A stretch of DNA of 64,000 bases from Paraphysomonas bandaiensis (taxonomy: Eukaryota > Protista > Chrysophyceae): contig CBFFRP010000184.1 in the NCBI GenBank assembly GCA_965644295.1, positions 62,001 to 126,000 of the forward strand. The letters run 5' to 3'. The position numbers were made by a program, and so were the translations under genes. Each line of letters begins with the position of its first letter. The first letter of the stretch is position 1. A model generated the notes under the pieces. It had not been told where the DNA came from, ran no database searches, and was given only the letters and a program-made list of their open reading frames with translations. This document shows, in pieces, positions 56,601 through 64,000 of the stretch.

Positions 56601-59600
56601 AAGTCACTATCATCTGAGTCATGGGATATATCAGTCTCATTCGTTACAGAATCTTCCATGCCATCTTCTCCGACATCTGTGCAGAAACCATCACTGTCAG
56701 ATACGGATCCACGACTCTGTGCAGCCGCTTCAAGTTCTTCGTCCCAGATATCATCGCAGGATGACGAACCAGTATCACCATCATCTGGCTCTGGCTCATC
56801 ATTAATCATGTCCCTGCTACAATCATTCTTCTCATTCTCCTCAATTTCCATCTCCTCTTTCACACTCTCTTCGTCTTCAGATACAACATTCTCGTCATCT
56901 TCCACTGGCTCGCCTTCCTCTTCTACCACCTCATCCGTAAACAATAACTTATCCCCTATCGCCACTTTCAACTTGTTCTTATAATCCAAGAGTGTCGGAG
57001 GTTTGCTGTCTCCAATATTTTTGAGAACTTCAGCATAATCAGCAGTTGTTATTTCATCCATAGAGTGTCCATTCTCAATGAACGCCGGTGTAGCGATAGC
57101 CTTGTAGGACAGCGCCAAAAGGACGGTAACCCAATCTTCACTCCGCATAGCGAAACTGCCACAGCGAGAGCTTATCACTGATGCCGCTCGACTGATAACG
57201 CGAACCCTATCATTTGTAGTGATAAGCCTATGGGCGCGAGTTGAGAAAGTCTGATCCACACAGCCCGGTAGAGCAGAATGAAACGAAACCCATCCCTCGT
57301 AAGCCCTGCACATTGCCGCCACCGCGTCATACTCCCTGTAGGTATAGCCTGTGGGAAGAAGCGGGGGAGATGCTGGCTTGAAATTCGGTGTCATGTCAGG
57401 TGATTCCATATTGCCATAGTAATACCTAAATAAGGCACATGAGATGTTTTTCACTAAATTTCGATAGCCTTCAAGCATATATACCACCGGACAGTTGCGC
57501 TTAAACAGAAACAGCACAATTACTTACGACAAAACATCATCCAACACCCAGACGACAGTCCTTGCGGTCCCCCTTCCGGTAACATGGTTTGTACTCATAT
57601 GGGGGATGTCTTCTATAGAGTACCCAAACTCGATATGGTACTGTAGGAACCACGTTATGTCTCCTTCATCCTCTGCGACACAAGGGGTCTCTTTTTCACA
57701 GCGGGTACCAGCAGTATCGCTGTTTGCTGCCGTTGTGTACACATGACCGACTTTGCATTTGGGCTTGTGTCCTTCTTTGCGGACAATACCGACAACCCTG
57801 CCAATCTCTCTGTCATTCACAGGAGATGATGGGTTCCATACTAACGCATTCCTGGCGAAACATAAATTTAGTTATGTTCTAGGCCTACATTCCAAAGAAA
57901 CTAACCTGAGAGGGTGAATATGTTCTACATGTCTTTCTTCAACGCAACATGGACAGAACCACTCACCACGAGGAGGGGCGTACATGGGTGGGGATAGACA
58001 GTCCATATGATAGGGGGCATCGCAGCGATCACAAAGGACCGTACGCGTCCCGTCATTCTCATAAGTTGATCGACACACAAGACAATTGTCTGACCGATCA
58101 ATTGGTGTCGAGATATTCAATATACATTCGTAAAACATGCGCTCAAATACGCAGATGAGCTTCATGGTTGACTGAGAGAGCTGGGTGATGTCAGTGTTGA
58201 AAGCGAGTGCATTCTGGAAAACCAGCATAACATCCCTATGCACACAGCAAAATATTTAAAATCTGAAATATAGACATGAGACATCACACCTGTAGAAATC
58301 GACAAAGCTGTCGCCGTACTTTCCAGTGACCAGATGCTCCCGAACGTCAAGTAAACACAAAGGGTTTCTTATCATATCTAAGAGGTACATGCCAGTAAAA
58401 AATCGTTGTATATAGCGATCTTGCTTAACACCGTACCGTAATAGCCCACAACAGTAGACGCATCAACTGGACTGTTGAACTGCTCGGATAGAGGGTGACT
58501 CATCAGATTCTTCAGCATCGCATAACATCTGAACCCAAATATTATGAAAGATTAATGTAAGCGTATAGTCGATATTATACCCACCTTTGAGTCACAGCTG
58601 ATAACAAATTCACCTTTTCCTGATCAGAATCAGTAGTCTCCGACTTCGACATACTCAATATCTCCCCAGAATCTGGAGTCATTTGTTACCATGTCTGCAA
58701 ACACTATATCTAATATAGCACCATACCATTTTTTTCCTGCTTCAAGGATTGATCACTGCTTTCTTGGGAGAGGCCAGCCGAACTGTCATCACTCGATTTC
58801 TGTTTCTTCCTGGGATCATAGATGGGTAGTGCCACGGGATTCCAGCCACGGGACATGAGAGTATCATGAACCATCAGGGGGGAAACAGACCCAATCCACC
58901 CGGCATCTAAACTGCACAGATCAGTCATTGTGCTGGACATCTCCACAGTTCGACCCGCTATGTCTTTCCCAGTCCACTCATACAAACCTTTTCCCACCGA
59001 GCCGTCATTTTTTGCGAGGAATTCATTAATGTATGCAATGCTATATGCATGAGGCACAGGAACACGTGAAATGTCTTGGATGCATTGGATGGTGGCGCGA
59101 TCAGCGCTAATGTTAGAATTCTTAACCAAGCAATGAAGAATTAGTAGCAGTACACTGCGAAGCTGGTGAAAGTGGTCACCACTGGAGCACTTTATGCTCA
59201 AAGCATTCTTAAGCGACTTCAGTGCAGTTAGATACATTTCTACACCGCGTTCCGTCTCCAGTATGTATACTTCTAAAAGATTCACACACATTTGTGCTGC
59301 AATAATCACATGCGAGGAGAAGAATTCTTGGTCATTATATCGTCCTAGTTGCAGGAGGTGGTAATACAATTCACACCAGAGGAGAACTATCTGCGTGCTG
59401 GTGGATACCGACGCACTCGTGCGGAATGGAATTTTCGTAAAAGTGCTTGGTGTTGGTAATCGCACAACAAGGCCACTGGATATCTCCCGACCCAAATGAG
59501 TGTACATATTTGGACAAAGAGTCTCGCGTGCAGGACAGTTCACCATAGTGGATGCACCTTGAGTTTGCTTCCAAATACTTTGCGAATAGCGAAATAAAAT

Positions 59601-62308
59601 CCGTCTGCGAATTAATCGTAGGGACCTTTTGTCCCCGATATCTGGTGCTGTGGTGTGTCCTCTCCCACGCAGTGTTGTCATAGATTCAAAATCACTCATT
59701 CCAAACTGCGAGCACAAAGTGTGTGTCAGAAGGACCCGAGCGATTTCTTTCCATGTCAACACGTTTAGCTCCACTCGATTATCTCCGAGAAACTGCTCCA
59801 CACTCTCAAGTGTCATAATTTTGTTGAATTCTGGCATAAGTGGTTTACACAAGGCCATCCCTACTTTGCTTAGCAATGCCTCTGCATCACTTCGAGAAGG
59901 AATTTGAGGCGAGGAATCGATAGATGTGCACCCAATTGCCCCTCTCGCTCGTTTGAGCATATGCTGTAAGTGCATTGTTGGTGGTTCGCAAGCACTGAGA
60001 GAATTCTCAAGACCTTCCTGGGACGGTACACCTGCAAGACAGAGTGGTTTGCAGAAGGATATTAAAAATAACCACAATTCTAGGGACTGCCCAAAAATTC
60101 TTTCTCCAAGATGCAATGGACGTCCAAGGGGAGATGCAAGTACTTTCATATCTGTAGGCCTTCTATCTGCAGATACGCTTGAATTTGAGAGTACAAGGTC
60201 TTTTTCTGGTGGATTCGATGTCTCTCTTTGGGGGCTTGGTGGGGTATTTGAAGCTTTACTCATGGTAGCAATTTCCTCTTCTTGTCTCGCAAGAATCTCC
60301 AGTCGTAGCCGGCTATAAATACGCCGCGAGTTCATTGCCTTCATTTCTTCATCTCGTATTGTACGCACATACTTCTCTAGCTCTTTGGCTCGAAGCTTCC
60401 GTTTCTGCTCCGTCATCATACGCTTGAGTCGATCTTGTCTCTGTTCCTCTCGAGACTTTCTGCGCGACTCAACATCATCACTTCTTCTCTGAAGTCGTTG
60501 TCTCTCCTGTTCAATCAGCAGCAGCCGAGAAGTATTCTTAGAAGCAACTTTATCCAGTACTTTGACCTTCTCATTCATATCAATCAGATTCTTTAATATG
60601 ACACGTTTCACAGGCTCCGAGCTGCGAGAGTCAAGAAACTGATACATGGCACTTTCCTCTGACCCAGACATGCCCTCGACCATACGCAGGATGCCAACAT
60701 CCATAATACTATCCACACTCTCCAAGCCCAACCGCGGCTTGACGGGATTGAGAGTACCATTACTCTGAGACACAATATGACATTTAAGATATGCGATGAC
60801 AGCAAATTAACACGGTACCTGTCCAGAACTTAGAGCTCGCATATGTAGCCTGCGCACTTCCATGAGTTTAGATCTCAGTGTCCTTTCTTCATCATCCATC
60901 TCCTCTGTTGGCCCCGCTGCAACTGGAGTTGCCATGATACCACCAATACCCCCCTCAGTGTCCGTTACACTATCCTCATCCTCAGGAACTTTTGCACTCA
61001 GGCCGCCATCTATGATAGTTCCGCTTAGACCCACACTTTCCAGCATAACACTTTGCCACACCAGTTGCGGAGTTTTGCCTTCATAGACACGGACTACCTG
61101 ACGGCAGCGACTACCCACTTCCCAGGCAACGGTGATACGGAACACCGGTCGTAAATCTGCCCTTGCCTTCGTGTCCATTTCATCATAGGACACACGACTA
61201 CAGTTTGGGTCACTATGTGATACACAATCAATCTCACAGAGGCAATCCACTATCCTGTCCAATATGGTATCATGCTCCTGACGAATGCACTTAAACCCAA
61301 GAGGAAACAGGTGAGCATGATTGTGAAAATGACAAGAAGGAATTATCCTGCCCCAATCAAGGACGGTAGTATTGCCATAAGAATAGTAGTTAGTCTTGTC
61401 AAACTCCTTCTCCCCGTCACCGTCAGGATCATGAGGGATATTCGCCGGAGTACCGTCTTCCCCATTTCGAGGGGTCTCTTGATACCGTTCTGTATCGTCT
61501 AACTGCATGGAGACATCGAAGGATTCGGATCGCGCTTTGGCTGGAGTAGTTGAAATCGACTCTCCTGAGCATCTGGCTCGGATTCGATCCCCATCTTTAA
61601 TAAATTCCACAATAGACTCAGGCTTTGGATGTGAATATAAAATTTCCGATATTAGAAACCTTTCGCGGGTTTCTACTGCCAGCATAGCATGCATATATCG
61701 AGGCATTGCTCTCACTGCTCTTGTGTAGGGTAGTATATTGAGCGCCATTGCTACATCCACGCGTGTACGGTATTTGCGCCCTTTTCGATTGTAGTAACAG
61801 ATATCAAGAATACCCTTCGCAGGTCCTCGACAGAGTCCAACAGCCTATTATCTAATTTCAGATAAATATATAAAAAAGAAGAACTTACTTTTACTTTCCA
61901 GTCGTGACGCACATCTTCCTCAGGATCGTAAGTTGCAAGAAACTCCATCAAACGATTATAAAAGAACTTCCCAGCAGCAGAATCATCTTGCTCCCCATCA
62001 CCATCAAATGAATCTTCATCATCAGATCCTTCATCAAAGTCCTCATCATCTAGTTCATCGGTCTTCTTATTAGCGTGCTCTGTAACAGGAGTGTCTGCAA
62101 CACTGCTCGCATTATCATCTTCTGTGTCATCGTTATCCGCTACTGTGCTTCTCTCCTCCCCTCCATCTCCATCTCCATCCCCTCCCCCTTCCTCAGTATC
62201 AACATCAGAGTAATAATCATCATCGACATCCATGTCATTGTTATCGCTGTTGCTGGGGGGGTAGGAACGATCCTCAGACATGTCCGACACACTCCGGTGT
62301 ACATCCAT
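53690..62308 (-). CDS. MBD9/BAZ-like chromatin protein: MBD, FYRN/FYRC, DDT, bromodomain, PHD, WHIM/WSD, chromo-barrel
   Basis: Spliced DWKVK|AVG...DICYYNRKGRKYRTRVDVAMAL (MBD); VLDWGRII...LFPLGFKCIR (FYR); LELWLFLISFCKPL (DDT); HPLSEQFNSPVD...LVFQNALAFN (bromo); CLVC...LCDRCDAPYHMDCLSPP...GEWFCPCC (PHD); LGYDRNGNVYYVF (WHIM/WSD); YKVRFIGWGTEYDTWV (chromo-barrel). Confidence 0.88.
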
Positions 62309-62745
62309 TATATCCTCTCTATAACCCTCCCACGATATACCGCCAAAGCATCTGTCGATTATCTGAGGGCGCAGTTAGCCGGATGGTAGTGCGTGTTGTG
62401 CTACACTGCTGTCTGTGTGCTGTACTGCTGCTCTCCTCTGCCTCTGCCTGCACCTACCTGTACGTGCACCTGCTGTGTATGTATGCAGGGCTCCTACATT
62501 CTACATTCTATACCATTCTATGCCGCACTCCATGGAAGGAATACTGCAGTATACACTGTATTATATTACTTAGGTCGAGATGGCAGCACACTCGACTACA
62601 GTGTATACGGTGTAGTGGCCTGCTGTGTATCTGCAGAGATGCAACCTCCGACTGCTGCTGGAGCCTTTGATCCTGAAGATGCTTCAACGACACTCTGGAT
62701 GAGTTATTAGGATTAGTTTGATGTGTTAGCGAGCAGCATACAGGC

Positions 62746-64000
62746 ATGTGGCTTCTAAGGGTGCTGTGCATGGTATGGCTGTGTTGTCATATAGCCGCAA
62801 ACGAAGCTGAATATCGAACGACACACAATTCGTGGAAGAATCTTGCATTGAAACCTGATGAATTTGAGAGCATTGTTCCATTCAACATGTCTCTCGTGAC
62901 GCCGGGATACGAGGTTGCACGCATACTGTGTAAGTCTATTGAAAGTGAAAGTTATGAAGGTTGCTTGTTTCGTGCAATGCAAAGCCACCGAACTTTTAGA
63001 TTAGAGGAGCTCAATGATATATATAATGGTAAACTTGCAGATATTGATGACTATAGCAGGATACTAGCACTGTCGTATGGCATTGAAAGTGTAAATTCAA
63101 CGGAGCCTATTGACGTGTGTTTCTTTGGTGCAGTATCTAAACAATTGATATTGTTTACACTAATGTCCTCCACTGCTTATAACATAAAAATAGCAAATGG
63201 ATATTTGCCAAACGACATTCAATATTTTTTGTACTACATGAGACACAAGTTTCCAGGACGACAGATACAGTGGATTCCAGGTAAGGCCACCATTTATACT
63301 AGATGGAATTAGAGTGTACGTATGCGTAGGTGATGTGAGGAGCTGGATTCAGCCACCAGCATATGCAAAGTGTAATATAATCTATATTGATGAACCGACC
63401 GCTCATACCCTTCCAGCAAGGGGGACATCCGTATTTCCCACCCCCTTCCAAATGCCCTATGATACAGGCAGGGGTGCCTCGGGTACACAGGAGACAGCCG
63501 TTATCATTCTATCTGCTGGTGTGTCTAATATTAGTGGTATGGAGGAGGTGATACGAGAATCGTTTTCAAATATCGGAGTTGGAGTTGACTGGAGGCTTCA
63601 CACATTAACAGCCAATATGGCCTCCCTGGAACATGACATTGACTATGAAGGTATCTACTATTTACGTTGTGTCACATTTTGTGGTGTGCTAGTGTGTTAT
63701 TCTTCAGTGTGATTTTGTCCTGATAGAAGTACGATTAGGTTTTGCGTATCGAATGATGTGGGAAAATGAATCTGATGGACTCTCGCATATTCGTGTTGGA
63801 GTTATGTCAGTTGAAAATTCATCGACTGGCGTACATATGGATGTCGTAGGAAATGATGACTCTCAGTCGTACCACCCGTGCTCTCCATTGCGCATTGTAG
63901 TGACATATAATAATCGATTCTTTCATGAAACCGCCGTTGGGCTGAAGCAAGCCTTGATCCGCATTGGATTCGGCGATGAGGAGGTGGCTGTCTGGGGGGA
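62746..64000 (+). CDS. Secreted/signal-anchored protein of unknown function, multi-exon, 3' partial
   Basis: Signal-peptide-like MWLLRVLCMVWLCCHIAA. ORFs 62746-63312 and 63314-63712 are joined by a GT-AG intron, and the reading frame continues (DSFHETAVGLKQALIRIGF) to the window end. Confidence 0.65.

Overview
Gene-dense eukaryotic nuclear DNA with short spliceosomal introns (mostly about 45-120 nt). A stramenopile/ochrophyte-like protist is my inference from gene style, not something proven here. In order, the window holds: a giant secreted LamG + IPT/TIG-repeat protein whose >13.5-kb exon runs off the left edge and is missing from the ORF track; a SelO-family AMPylase ending in an in-frame UGA (Sec) with an atypical SECIS-like hairpin; a coiled-coil protein; a stand-alone glutamine-dependent carbamoyl-phosphate synthetase with about 45 introns; a PTPMT1-like phosphatase; a 0.7-kb (TACA)n microsatellite; a vanin/biotinidase-like hydrolase; a CAMK-type kinase; a DGAT2-family acyltransferase; a CorA transporter; an SLC25 carrier; a U-box/Sel1 protein; a second coiled-coil protein; a GT92-like protein; an MBD9-like chromatin reader; and a partial secreted protein. 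Three copies of an unclassified dispersed repeat are present. The best leads are the Sec-encoding SelO with its non-canonical SECIS and unusual Cys pattern, and the giant IPT protein with a 464-bp perfect internal repeat inside an older in-register duplication. Exon boundaries were read by eye and are approximate.
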